64,000 nucleotides of DNA, from positions 7,254,001 through 7,318,000 of the forward strand of contig NC_087462.1 in NCBI RefSeq assembly GCF_036321535.1, written 5' to 3'. Both the position numbers and the translations under genes were made by a program. This document shows, in pieces, positions 36,833 through 50,100 of this stretch (positions are counted from its first letter, which is position 1; each line of letters starts with the position of its first letter). The notes beneath the pieces were generated by a model, which worked only from the letters and a program-made list of their open reading frames with translations, made no database searches and had not been told where the DNA came from. This stretch comes from Camelus dromedarius. Lineage: Eukaryota.

Positions 36833-39800
36833 TCATGTCATGCGGCCTCCTGTGTTGGAGGGGGGTCCCCGTTCGTTGTCCAGGCGGCACAGGGGACTGT
36901 CGTACACCATCTGCAGGTTCACCTTGTGGCCCACCAGCTCCCGGATATTGTTGATGCCATATTTGATCATTGTTGGCCTTGGGTGGGGGGAGAGGATGGG
37001 ATGGACATGGTTTAACACAAGGTCAGGTCATGTTCTATTCTGATCAGACCCTCTCTGAGGGCTCCCACCTTCCTTGAAGTAAAAGCCCAAGTCCTTCCCG
37101 GGGCCTGCAAGGCCCTGCACAATATTCTCTGTCACCTCCCCACCCTCGTCTCCTCCCACTCTCAGCCTTCACTCATTCACTCCTAGCCACAAGGGCCACC
37201 TCGGTGTTCTCCAAACACAGCAGTCAAGTTTAAGCCTCAGGGCCTTAGCACTGGCTATTCCCTCTGCCTGGAGCATCCTTCCCCAGATAACCTCATAGCT
37301 TATCAATTCATTCACCTCCAGTCTTTGTTCAGATGCCATTTCCTCCACGAGACATTCCCTGACTATGTTTCCTTAACTCTCTCTGCTGTGTTTTCTCTGT
37401 AACAGTTACTGTTTTGGGCTACACTCTAGGCTTTATTTGTTGAACTTACTTATTTATCTTGCTAATTATCATCCTTCTCATTCCACCAGACACCCCTGAC
37501 ACAGATGTGTGTGTCGTAATCACGGCACAGGACCAAGCACATGGAAGGTGCTCACTAATGGTCTGTCAGATAAATGAACGAATGGATGGGGCTGCAAGTG
37601 TGCAGGCCCCATGCCTGGCAAGTCACCCAACTGAGGCAGCCAGACATCCAAAGGGGTTTGGGTACTCACCGCTCCAGGGAAAGGCCCCAGGCAATGACTG
37701 ACACATTCTCGGGGAGCCCCATGGGCAGCAGCATCTCGGGGCGGAAGAGCCCAGAGTTTCCCACCTCAACCCACTTCTTCAGACCTGTGGAGGCAGAAGA
37801 GTAGGGTGGCTCGTGTGGGTGATACTGGGCCTGGCAGTTAGCCTGGGAGGTGGGGTGTGGGCTTGGCAGTGACAGGGACTGAGGCTGAGTGGTGGGCAGC
37901 CTGAGACCTCCTTCCCCGCCCTAGTAGTGGGTTCTAGCCTGACCTTGGTGGTAGCTGAACACCTCCATGCTGGGCTCAGTGTAGGGGTTGTAGGTCGGCT
38001 TGAAACGCAGCTGGGTGATACCTGGGTCGGGGGAGGCAGGCAAGCAGAACAGTGAGGATAAGGCTGATGATCAAGGCATCTTCCCACTGCCCACCAACAC
38101 TGCCTGCCCCAGCCTGCCTGCTTACCCAGCTTGGTGAAGAACTCCCGCAGGACACCCATGAGGTGGCCCAGGGTGAGGCCGTGGTCAGCCACGACGCCCT
38201 CAATCTGGTGGAACTCAGCCAGGTGTGTGGCATCCAGGGTCTCATTCCGGAACACACGATCGATGGAGAAGTACTTGGCCGGTGTGAAGGGCTTCTAGGG
38301 GTTACAAGCAGGCCAGGCCCCAGTGTGGGTGAGAAGGTCAGTATGACAGCCCCCTGCCCCCTGCACTGCTCAAGCCCAGCCACACCTTCTGGGCCAGGTG
38401 GTAGAGGGCGCGGGCGCTGGCTGATGTTGTGTGCGTGCGCAGCAGGTTTTTCCGAGCCTCGTCCAGCTTCCAGTTGTACTTGTACCTTCAGGGAGACACG
38501 CAGGAAGCCCATGAACTAGCTCTTGGGCCCCCAACCTCCTTCCCTGTGACACCCCAAAGTCCTGATGCCTCCTCACCCCAGTGAGCCGTAGCCACCCTGA
38601 GAGTGAGTCCGCTTGACCCGATGGACGTAGTCCATTGGCAGCTGCAGGGCCTGGGCTGGATCTGGGCAGGACAGAGCAACATCTGGTCAGTCAAGGAGCA
38701 TTTCTCAAATAGCCACTACACCGAAAACAGACAGTGACATGTGCAGCTCCCTCCCTTACCCCCTACAGCAGCCAGAAGGCACCTGAGGACACCTGAGTCA
38801 GTCACATGTCTCTTCTGCCCAAAATCTTCCATGGCTCTCATCTCACTTGGAGAAAAAGCCAAAGCCAAATTTCTCTCTGTGGCCCAGAATGCCCTGCACA
38901 CTGTCCTGTTACCTCACTGCTCCTGTTTCCTCCCACTCCTAATTGATCGTTTCCTCAAGTCACAGGGCCTCCCTGCTCAGTGGTCAGCACACCAGGCATG
39001 TGCCAGCCTCAGGGGCCAGGTCTCTCCCACCAGAACATGCAGGTCTCACCAGGGCAAGGACTTCTGTGCCATTCATGGCTGTGACCCAAGTGTTTAACAG
39101 AGACTTTGGCATACAGTAGCAGCTCAGTGACATATGCTGCTTGAATGTGCAAGTTCTTATGGTTCCTTCCAGACACAATTTTACTACGCCTGAAAAGCCT
39201 GATACTGAATCCCAACTCTACTACTTAGAGGCTGTGACCCTGGGTAAGTGATGTCCCCTCTCTGAGCCCCAGTTTCCTCATTTGCAAAAGGGGGTTAACA
39301 GTCTACTTCCTATAGTTGGTTGGAAAATTAGGATAGTGACTGCTCAATAAGTTTTGGATGCCATGGTGATGACCAGGACGCTGTTGTCCCTGGCCAGGTA
39401 ATGAGCACCCAACAGCCTCCTGTTCCCTCCTGGTGGGGAAGACAATGACCTTTGTTGGACAGTCATTCAATTTCAGAAAGTACTAAGGGCTGTGGAAGAA
39501 AAAACAGAGACCAAGATGGAAGACAAGTGGTGGGAGATTTTAGAACTTGGGGAGGCAACGGCATGTCAGGGTGGTCTCTCTGAGGTGACACCTGTGCAGA
39601 GGTTTGATGCTGGAGCCCACCATGCAGATCTGGGAGAAGACAGTTTTCGGCAGAAGGCACAGACCAGCAAAAGCCCTGAGGTAGCCAGGAAGGGAGGTGG
39701 AAGGAGGTCACAGAAGTTGACGATGGTGGCTCACATAGGCTTTGCTAGCCGCACTGAGGATAGAGTTTACCCTGTAAAATGGTATGCCACCCCGAAAGGC

Positions 39801-42800
39801 TCTGCCTAGGCTGAGCACCTCTGATGGTGTGGCGGGGCTCACCCACCTTGCAGGAAGAAGGTGTCANNNNNNNNNNNNNNNNNNNNNNNNNNNNNNNNNN
39901 NNNNNNNNNNNNNNNNNNNNNNNNNNNNNNNNNNNNNNNNNNNNNNNNNNNNNNNNNNNNNNNNNNNNNNNNNNNNNNNNNNNNNNNNNNNNNNNNNNNN
40001 NNNNNNTGGGCTGGCCCTGCCCCAGGCCCTGTGCTCACCCCATCTCCAGGAAGATCTGCCGGAACTGGGTGCGGACCTTGAGCAGGGGGTGCAGGTGGCC
40101 ACTGTCAGGGAGGACGCCGTGGGCTGAGAAATTGTAGGGCTTGAAGGGCCGGTCCCGCCAGGAGCCACTATGGAGAGATGCAGGATACATGGGCCTGGTC
40201 GGGGCTGCCTACCACCCACATCGACCCCCAACCCTGGGGCTGCCCCCTACCTGGAGATCATTTCTGGGCTCAGCTCTGTCTCCTGCTTGGAGATGCTGGT
40301 GCTGAAGGCACTGCCCTTGCTCACCCAGTAGGTCTTCAGAGTCCTGAGGCCAGAGGAGGGGAGAGGCAATGCTGTCACCTCTTCCAAGCAGTCTCCCCTG
40401 ACCTCCCATCTGATGTTGACACCAACATCACCCACTAAGTCACTCTGTTGTATTTTTATCCCAACACTTATCATCACCTGAAATCCTCTTATTTGACCCC
40501 CACCTACATCCCTATGTTTCGGCGATTATTCAGTGAACAAACATTTACTGAGAACCTACTGTGTGCCGGGGCCTGTTCAAGGCACTAAGCATATAGCTGG
40601 GAGTGATAACAACAGGTCAAGTTTTAAGGATTTAATCTATGCTAGGCTCTGTTCCACTGAAATCACCCCATAATCTTGTGAAAAGGGACCATTTTACAGA
40701 GGAGTAAACAGAAGCCTGGAAAGATCAGGGGACTTGGTAAAGGTTACAGCTAGTACATGGCAGAGCTGGCAATCGGGCAGCCCCACTCCAGTCTGCGTTC
40801 TTTTTACTGCCATGCTCCTGCTACGTCTGCTCAAAGGAGATGTCAGCCCAGTGAGTGCAGAGCCCCAGCCTGTCCGAGTCCCAGCATTCACTAAACTTCA
40901 GACAGTGCTTAGTTTGCAAAGGAAATAAACAAGGGCACAAGGGATGGAGACTAGAAGTGAGGAGCTTTTGTGGAATTCAAAGGGAGGAAGGGTATCAGGG
41001 TGGCCTCTCTAAGGAGACACATGAGCAGAGGCTGGATGTCGGAACTTGCATTGGAAAATAGCAGGAAGACCCTTCTCGGCATAAGGCACAGCACAGGCAA
41101 AGGCCCTGAACTGGCATGAGCCTGGCACGTGTGCCTGACACGCACAGTGTGAAGGAGAGCTGGGAGGAGATTGACAGCACCATGGCCCAGGGCAGGTGGG
41201 ACAGCTCGCCTTCCCCTCCCCCTGCTCCAGGGCCATGCAGGTGACACGGGTGCGAACCTGGGGGTGGCACCCACTCACACTTCAGTCAGCAGCTTCCTCT
41301 TCCGGAGCTCACTCCTCTCCTTCTCTCCCAGCTTCTCAGCCTGTCCACCCCGGACCGTCTGGAGCCGCCGCTGCACCTCATCCTCCACGCTGTCCACCTG
41401 CCTCGATGATGGGAATGAGGGGCCGCAAGGGCCAGGGGCCCACCAGTCTGCCCACCCTGCTCGACCATCCCCTGGCAGGGACTCACCACTTGGAACACCC
41501 GGGGCCCATCAGCAGCACTCTTATCCACCCGGATCCACTTGTTGGACATGGCCTTGCTGAAGCCCACCTTGCCACTGGGCAGTCGCTAGGGGATCAAGGC
41601 TGCAGTGAGTGGGGCTCAAGGGCTGCCATCACCCCATCACCTCTCTAGACCCTGCCCGCCCCCACCGGCTCCTACCATGAGCTCGCTCTGGGGCAGGCCC
41701 TCCGAGGGGATGCTGCGAAACACTCGGGCCTCATGGCTGCCCTCCCGAGCAATCTCCTCGCCCTCCGCGGTAAGCTCCCAGCGCTTGGTGGAGCGCAGCT
41801 CGGCCTGGATGATCTGCAGGAAAATAGGGGGACACAGGCAGGGACAAGGCTCAGATCCAGGCACCCTTCTGCCATAGCACCAGGTACATGGTTGAAAGCA
41901 CAGCCTCTGAAGCCAGCTTCACACCCCAGCTGCACCATTTCCCAGCCGACTGATCTCCCCCTCCTGAGCCTGGACTGATCTTCTGTGACCTAGGGATGAT
42001 GATAAAAAGTATTCACACCTCCCAGGGTGAGGTAAAGTACTAACAGTGTTGCCTGCCTGACAAAGAACAAATTCTTCCTATCACTTCTGAACCTGGGAAA
42101 GAGTTTTATGATCTCAGGTGAAAGGATTTATCTGCACACTTACAAGTTTGCATCCCAGTACCTGGAGTGTCAAAGAAGGATGGGAGTGGGGGTGTGTATG
42201 TCCACATTACACGCGGGAACCCTAAGCTCCACGAAGAGGATGGGCTTGGGTTACACAGAAAAAGACAAGGCTGGGTGGGACCCACAGGTCCTAGCTCTCT
42301 TTTCATTCTAATTCCTATTACACTTGCTGTGTAATCTTGGGAAAGTTGCTTAACCTCCCTGAGCAAAATTTCTTATTCATGAGAGAAAGGTGTGGTGGAC
42401 TCTACCTCAGAAAGTTGTTTTCAGGAGTCACTAAATCAATACACAGAAAGGATGTAGAGTGCTTAGCATGCAAGAAATGCTGCATAAGTTCTAACTACTG
42501 ATACTACTACTATTATTTTACCATCACTGTTCTTAGACTGAACTACATTAAATTACCACTACTTAACCATCTGTAACCTACACAAATGTCAATTTCAATC
42601 AAGGTACTGTCATCCCATACAACATAGCTTCAATTCCTTTGTGCACTGATGACCTTAGGCTTTGCAGCCTGAGCACCTAATTTCAAATCCAGGATAGCCT
42701 TTTCCTTCTGTTGACACTGATCAAGTGTCTGACCAGTGCTCAGAAGTTGTCACATCTGCAAAATGGGGATAATAACAGCATCATCATCCTAAAGTTACAT

Positions 42801-43884
42801 CAAAGAGTGGATAATAAATAAAGCTGAGACTAGAGTGGGACACAGAACATGAGCTTGATGAATAGACAGCCCAGATCTGTTCTTTTGAGTCGTGGATCCA
42901 GCCTCCTGGGTGAGCCACAGGTCCCTCAGCATCCTCTCCCTCTGGCTCCATCACCCTTCACTTGTTCAAGTTAGAAGGCTGAACTTCATCAGTGGGTGCT
43001 CCTCCTACCTTGCCATGAATTTCATTTCATTCCTTCTCCTGAATCGTTTCTCCATTCCAGCTGCCTCCCTATAGCCAGAGACCACACCCTCTAGTCTGAG
43101 AATGTGCCAACCTCTGCCCTTGTCCCCTCACCTCCAGTCCTGCCCCTGCCAATCCTTCCCAAGAGTGATGGAGGCAGTTTGCACATCTGAGTGGCTCCAG
43201 CAACTGCCACGGCCCCCCAGTACCTCGGTGAGATAAAGACCTACAATACCTTGCAAATTCTGGCTCTGTTGGTCTCTCTCACCACTTGCCTCCCCACCCC
43301 ACCGATCCCCAAAATGCCATGACTTTCCTCCTCAATGCAGAAACCCGACTCAGCTGTTATCTCCTTTGGGATGATCCCCAAGTCGGGGTCAACTGTCACC
43401 TCTGAGTTTCCTGTGCTTTCACCACTCTGGTCACTTGGGTATATCCCCCATTAGACTACAATCTCCGTGAAGGCAGCGACTGCGTCTTTCTTGTCCACCA
43501 GCATACTCCCCACTCCCTGACAGTGATCATGCCTCAATAGACATTTCCTATATGAGGAAAGTCCGTGAGCCCGGGCCCTCACAAGTTCCTGACTCTCCGC
43601 CTGCGCACCCTCGGCTGGACGCATATACCATTACCCTTATCCAGGCCTCAGAGAGTTTGGCCTGTAGACCGAGCCCTCCTGGCAAGGGAACCACAGAAGA
43701 AAAAGCTAGGAGGCCCGGCATCACGGGCCCCGCTCACCTCGCCCAGCGCCTGCAGGCTCTTCACGGCGCCCACCACGGCCTGGTGCTCCACGCCCAGCTC
43801 GGCCGCCAGTTCTGCGCTGTCCAGACCGCCATCAGCCGCCTCCAGCCGCCGCAGCAGCACCTCCGCCACGGGGCCGTCTGCCAT
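36833..43884 (-). CDS. FARSA: Phenylalanyl-tRNA synthetase alpha subunit (cytosolic), about 510 aa as assembled
   Basis: Exons 43884-43738, 41813-41676, 41585-41487, 41397-41279, 40343-40251, 40167-40039, exon 7 mostly in the N gap (only 39866-39847 visible, DTFFLQ), 38661-38577, 38485-38386, 38294-38126, 38021-37944, 37784-37670, 36977-36833. Class II motifs [44 protein letters not shown] on minus strand at 36602-36607. Confidence 0.97.
37085..37580 (+). mobile_element. LINE-2 3' remnant in FARSA intron 12
   Basis: CCTCAGGGCCTTAGCACTGGCTATTCCCTCTGCCTGGAGCATCCTTCCCCAGATA...AGGTGCTCACTAATGGTCTGTCAGATAAATGAACGAATG. Confidence 0.65.
39867..40006. other. Assembly gap (140 N) containing most of FARSA exon 7
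   Basis: N run; the exon 7 donor and last 20 nt are visible at 39847-39866. Confidence 0.95.
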
Positions 43885-43930
43885 GGCTGCTCCCAGTGCG
43901 CTCGGCGTGTCCCTGCCGGCGACCAGAACA

Positions 43931-44016
43931 ACCGGAACCGGAACCGGCGCCGGGAGCGTGCGCCGCCATCTTGATTGTGGTGTATCACGTTGAGGGCTCG
44001 AGTGCCGCCATCTTGA
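43931..44016 (-). promoter_or_regulatory. FARSA promoter: tandem ETS/GABP-like CCGGAA repeats and two YY1 sites
   Basis: ACCGGAACCGGAACCGG 43931-43947; GCCGCCATCTTGA at 43962-43974 and 44004-44016. Confidence 0.7.
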
Positions 44017-44216
44017 GTGTGTCACTTGAACTTCAGGCGAGGTAAGGACCCAGTCCTAGCTGGACTGGTGGTGTCTGGTTGACCAGAGAGGTCAAATTAA
44101 TGCCATCAAGGACAGACTCACAGCATTGTTTTAAACTTCACCTACCCCGCCTGCAGCGGACTGTGTGACCTTAGACTTCCCCCTCTTTGGACCAGAGTAG
44201 TCACCCTTCGAGGATT

Positions 44217-44359
44217 TTTTTTCTTTTTACATTTTTTTTCTTGAGTTGTAGTCCTTTTACAATGTTGTGTCAAATTCCAGTGTAGAGCACAATTTTTCAG
44301 TTATACATGGACATACATATATTCATTGTCACTTTTTTTTTGCTGTGAACTACCACAAG

Positions 44360-44420
<61 letters not shown>

Positions 44421-44512
44421 GTGCTATACAGTATAATCTTGTTTTTCTATTTTGCATATGCCTGTCGGTATCTACAAACTTTGAAATCCCAGTCTGTCCC
44501 TTCCCACCCCAC
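44217..44512 (-). mobile_element. Short 5'-truncated young L1 3' end with TSD
   Basis: Poly-T then TTACAATGTTGTGTCAAATTCCAGTGTAGAGCAC...CCCTGTGCTATACAG; TSD tcgaggatt at 44208-44216 and 44513-44521. Confidence 0.8.
44363..44416. repeat. (AT)27 microsatellite
   Basis: Perfect AT dinucleotide run of 54 bp inside the L1 fragment. Confidence 0.97.
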
Positions 44513-46839
44513 TCGAGGATTCTTTTTTACCCCACAGGAAGGCTGTGGGTGGTGGGCTCCAGAGATAGTCATTCTGCTAATGTCAACTACTTTAAAATTT
44601 TCAAAGGGAGGCTGGGTAGGGACCCAACTCTATTTACATACGGGAAAAGTACTCACTTAATAATAGTTACAGTCGAAGTAGCAGCCAACCTCTATGGACA
44701 TTCTCCAGTGTGCCCAGCCAGCCCAGTGCTAAGTTCTTCAGGTGTGTTATTTTATTTTCCTCAGAAGTATATGACGTAGATAGTGATATAATTTCCATTT
44801 CACGGATGTGAAAATAGAGGCCTAGAGCATGATATGCCTTGCCCAAGCTACTGTAAGGAGTTGGTGGAGATGGTGTCAGAAATTATAAATACCCCAGAGC
44901 CTGACTTCTCCCCTCATCCTCATGCTTTGGGAATCTCAATGTCAGGTATATAACTCATAGTATAGATCAGTGCTGTCCTATAGAAATATTATTTGAGATA
45001 AAAATGTAATTTTACACTTTCTAGTAGCAATGTTAAAAACAAAGTGGGTGAAATTAATTTGAGAATTTACAGAACCTAAAATGTCCAAATTATTGTTTCA
45101 ACACTCAATATAAAAGTACTAGTGAAATAGTATACATCCTTTTTCATACTAAGTTTTCAAATTCTTTCTGTGCCTCAGCTTTCTCACTTGGATGGAAATG
45201 TCTGCAAGCCCAGGTTATTGTGGGAATTAAGAGAAATAGTGCCCACACATGTACATCATATTTGCTGATACTGAATGGAATGTGGACTGTGTGATGGGTG
45301 CTATTCCAAGCAGTAAACATTTACTCATTAGCCATCACAATTGTTGTTTAAGCCTGGAAAATGGGGTTACTAATATCCTTGATCCTAGGTCTACAGTGCA
45401 GTTCTGATAAAAATTCAGAATACATCCCTCAGAGTCTCCTCTTAGCTTCAAAGCACTTTCCTCATTTTTGTTTGTTATGTATTTCCCACAGGAGTCTTTT
45501 TTTCCTTCCTTCTGTCACACATCAAGTAGGTTTTAAGCTTGTTCTGTGCCAGGTGCTGCAGGAGACACTGGGGCATGGTGGGGTGAACAAGACAGGTATA
45601 GTATGTACCTGTGGGCAGGAAGCACCAAGCCTGTGTGTCCATGACACATGGTGGAAAGAAGGGAAGGCGAGAAGGTCAGGGGAAGGCCTAGAGTGGTCAT
45701 CCTAGGCTTGGGGGTCCTTGTGGACCAGGTTGGGCAATACCGGATACTGCCTCATGAAGGGGCAGAACCTCAGCATCTCCAGGATTCCTCATTCCTCCCT
45801 TTTCTAAGTCCCCACCCCTAGAGGGGAAGCACTTCCTTCCCACCCTTTGTCTAGGACCCCCCTCCTTCACTGCTTCCGCAGTTTACTCCCACTTCCCAGG
45901 TCCAGGGCCTATGTGCTCAGTTTGGGAAACCCCCAGCTTTCCTTCCTCCTTCTTGCAGCCTAGGGGAAGAGAGCTGGTGTCAGTCACTGTCAGTCATGTG
46001 CCTTTGGCTTCAGAAGAAGGCTCTAGGTTTAAGGGTCCTGCCCATCTCCCTTGAACCTTATCTTCCCGACCATCTGTCCCTTTTTTTTTCCTCCCCAACG
46101 GAACCCCCTGCCCTCTCATCCTCAGCCGTTTAATTGCAAAAGCAGGCCGTTTGTGGGAGACCACAAGACAGCGACCACTTTCATTTACAGGCCGAGGAGG
46201 CGGTGGGGGGGGTGAAAGAGCGGCTTTAACAAGGGGAACAACCAACCTATAGCCACAACTTCGAGCCGTCTGGGCTTCCTTTTCCTTGTCCCAGGACATT
46301 TCTCAAAGCTTTAACAGCATCTCTGACGGGCAGCAGCTGGCCAGGGTCGCTCCTTCTGGCTTTTCAGTAACTTCCCTGACATCAGAGTGGCTAAGTGACT
46401 TGCCCCAGGTCACACAGCAGCAGTCTGACAGGCTGCCAAGGCAGTAGGGGCCGCACGGAGGAGAGGCGGCACTCTCCCAGCAGGCTTGCATGGCTCTGGT
46501 GCTGGGCTGAAATTAATCTCCAGGGCTGGATGCTATCTGCTCCATTCTAGGCGGGGAGGTGGGTAGGGAGAGTCGGAGTGGGAGGAGTTCCCCAAATTCA
46601 GGGTAGAAAAAGGCTACGAAAACCTTGCCTACCCGTCCTGGTAGAGGGGATAAGCGGAGTAGAGGCTGGAGCAGATCCCCAGTTCTGCACTGTAGCACCT
46701 GCTCTCGCGCGGGTTCTTTAAACCGCCAGATCGCTAGCGAGGCGCGCGGGCAAGGGCGGGGTTGGGCCGAGGTCTGGTCACATGACCTAGCCTGAGGCGC
46801 TCCAGGCCCCCACTCCACCGGTGGGCGTCCCCCACAACG

Positions 46840-47041
46840 CGTGGTCGACCTTCATTGGCCAGTGTTGCGGCCAATAGAAATCGGCCATCTGGGAACCCAG
46901 CGTTCCGAGGCACAGTCTAACATGCTGAGCCGACAAAGGTCCAATGGAAAGGCACGGCTATGTGCACAGACCAATGTTAAGGTGGGGGAGGCGGGCCAAG
47001 AGGCCGGACCAGGTTGGTTTGAGAGGCGGTCGGGTATAAAA
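46840..47041 (+). promoter_or_regulatory. CALR promoter: ER-stress response elements, CCAAT boxes, TATA box
   Basis: Perfect ERSE (CCAAT-N9-CCACG) on minus at 46840-46858; ERSE-like CCAAT-agaaatcgg-CCATC at 46871-46889; CCAAT at 46941 and 46971; TATAAAA 47035-47041. Confidence 0.88.
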
Positions 47042-47135
47042 GCGCGCGGCCGGCAGCAGCGTCCGTCCCTATTGCAGAGCAGCTGCTGAAGGAGTGACTT
47101 AAAGGGCTTGCCAGCCGCCGCCCCCTCGGCCCGCC

Positions 47136-50100
47136 ATGCTGCTACCGGTGCCGCTGCTGCTCGGCCTTATCAGCCTGGCCGCCGTTGAACCCACGGTTTA
47201 CTTCAAGGAGCAGTTTCTGGACGGAGGTAACGCCTAGTCCCGCCTCGAGGCCGTTCTAACGACGCGGCTGGCCCCCCATTCCATATCTGCGTGTCGCCTG
47301 TAATTACTGCTCAGCGGGCCAACACGGTGGCCCTTCAGGGACTAGAGCTGCAGGCGATCCTTCCCTCTGCGTCCCTGGGGAGCGTGTAGAGCGCAGTGGC
47401 GGGAATTAGGGTTCACCCGAGGATGTTTAAGCCTACGGAGGTGTCAAATTAGAGGTTGGGGCGGGGGCAGTCAAGGTGGGGGGCGAATCTCCTTTCTTGC
47501 TCCTACCTGTTTGTGGCTCCTGGTAGACGTTTGATAGGGGATAATCAACACGGCGACGCTGACCTGCCCCTTTCATCCTTTAGACGGGTGGACCGATCGC
47601 TGGATTGAATCCAAACACAAACCGGATTTTGGAAAATTCGTTCTCAGTTCCGGCAAGTTCTACGGTGACCAGGAGAAAGATAAAGGTAAGAGCTCAGGGT
47701 TGGGTGCTCAGATCCAGGAGGACTTCCTGGAGGAAGCCCTAGCCACCACACAGTTTGGGTATCTCTAGGAGCATGGCAGGTGGAGGAAGCGGGAGTCGTT
47801 TATATCTCTCATCCTTAGGGTGCCCCGGGGATTGTGGCCGAGCCCTGACCTTACTACCATCCCTTGCTAGGGCTGCAGACAAGCCAGGATGCCCGGTTTT
47901 ACGCACTGTCGGCCAGATTCGAGCCCTTCAGCAATAAGGGTCAGACGCTGGTGGTGCAGTTCACCGTGAAACACGAGCAGAACATCGACTGTGGGGGCGG
48001 CTATGTGAAGCTATTTCCAGATGGTTTGGACCAGACAGACATGCACGGAGACTCCGAATACAACATAATGTTTGGTGAGGGGGCCCCACCCTGGTGCTGA
48101 CTTCTGATTAGTTAGAGGGAATCTGAAACCCCTTAATTTCTTCACAGCCTTTGAAAGGGGGTCTTCAGGGCACAGAAAACACTTAAATAGGGTTGACTTT
48201 TATTTGGAGGGGAAGCTGAGGGAATAGTTGAAGTTGGCAGCAACTTACTGCATTTTATCATTGGTTGAAGATTGGTAATTTCTACGATTTTATGTAGGCG
48301 TTGCCCAATTCTACAAGTGAAGATAATGTGAATTCCAGAGCACCGATTTTTTTTCTTTTTTTAAATGTCTACCTACAGTACCTTAGAGCCAAGATCATCT
48401 CTTTTTTGAGCTTTACAGACCTGAATTTTAAGAACTAAGTTTTCTTTTTTTAGAGGGACTGGGGGGCCTATAATGGTAGGTAGCCTCCAGCTCTGATTGG
48501 ACCTGCTCCTCACCTAGGCCCGGACATCTGTGGCCCTGGCACCAAGAAGGTTCATGTCATTTTCAACTACAAGGGCAAGAACGTGCTAATCAACAAGGAT
48601 ATCCGTTGCAAGGTGTGCCTGGGGGTGGTGACAAATGGCTGTCTGGGGAGGTTCAGAGACCGGTCTGGTGGGCGGGGCCGCTCAACTTCCACTCTCTTCA
48701 GGATGATGAATTCACACACCTGTACACGCTGATTGTGCGGCCCGATAATACCTATGAGGTGAAGATTGATAATAGCCAGGTGGAGTCAGGCTCCTTGGAG
48801 GATGATTGGGACTTCTTGCCACCCAAGAAGATAAAGGATCCCGATGCTGCAAAGCCTGAAGACTGGGACGAGCGAGCCAAGATCGATGACCCTACAGACT
48901 CCAAACCTGAGGTTGGTTTGTGGGCAGGGGCTACCCCCTATGAAGCGTGCGGAGGAGACTGGGCCAACTCTGACCTCCTTGTGTATCTTCAGGATTGGGA
49001 CAAGCCTGAGCACATTCCTGACCCTGATGCTAAGAAGCCTGAGGACTGGGATGAAGAGATGGACGGAGAGTGGGAACCACCAGTGATTCAGAACCCAGAG
49101 TACAAGGTGAGCCTGGGGCTCTGAGCAGGATGGTGTACAGTGGAGAATGCACTCCCCTCCGCTCACCCACCAGTTCCCTTTTGCAGGGTGAGTGGAAGCC
49201 CCGGCAGATTGACAACCCGGATTACAAGGGCACTTGGATCCACCCAGAGATCGACAACCCTGAGTACTCCCCTGATAGCAACATCTACGCCTATGAAAAC
49301 TTTGCTGTGCTGGGCCTGGATCTCTGGCAGGTGAGACACAGGGAAGAGGAGGTGCCCTAAGGGACCTCAAGTGCTCGGGGTCAACCCAAGAGGAAAGGGA
49401 CAAGAGAGATCTGACTCCAAAATGGTGCCTTTTTTTTTTTTTGAAGAAATTCCTGATCTGTATGGAGTTCTTACGGCACCCACATTGAAATTGTACTTAC
49501 TGTGTGCCTGGTACTTTTTTAAGTGTCTGTATGGGAACCAACTTCATTTAACTGCTCCCAACAACCTAGACAGTAATTAGATAACCCCATTAGAAAATTA
49601 GGTTCACAGGCACCAAATTTTTTTGTCTCCCCCTTAACAGAGGCACTGGGGATTGAATGCTGTACCAATGAGCTATAACTCCCTACCCATCTAGGGACTG
49701 AATTTTTGTTCTGTTCAGTGCTGTACTTTCTGCACCTCGAATGGTGCCTGGCACATAGTAGGTACTGGGAAAATATCTGAAGAAGGGAGTCAGACCCCAT
49801 TTTACAGATGAAGAAACTGAGGTGCAGAGAAGTGAAGTCACCAGCCTAAGATTGCATAGGCAGGAAATGGCAGAGTTGGGGTTTGAACCCAGGCAGTCTG
49901 TTTTTTACCTCAGCATTAGATGCAGCATTGTGTAGTGGTTATGGGAACATGGGCAGGAGCCCTTGCCAAGGCCAACAGGTATCCCCCTCTGACCACTCTT
50001 CCACCCTCCCCCACCCTGGCCCTATCCAGGTCAAGTCTGGCACCATCTTTGACAACTTCCTCATCACCAACGATGAGGCCTATGCTGAGGAGTTCGGCAA

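Noticed and set aside
37990-38010. FARSA motif reads [10 protein letters not shown] where human is recalled as KPAYNPYTEP
   Set aside because: Small-residue variation at this position is tolerated across PheRS orthologs (Thr/Ser recalled in yeast and bacteria); unlikely to be novel function.
43648-44025. In-frame upstream extension of FARSA exon 1
   Set aside because: Starts at GTG in the promoter region upstream of the likely TSS; ATG 43884 (gccATGG) gives the standard N-terminus.
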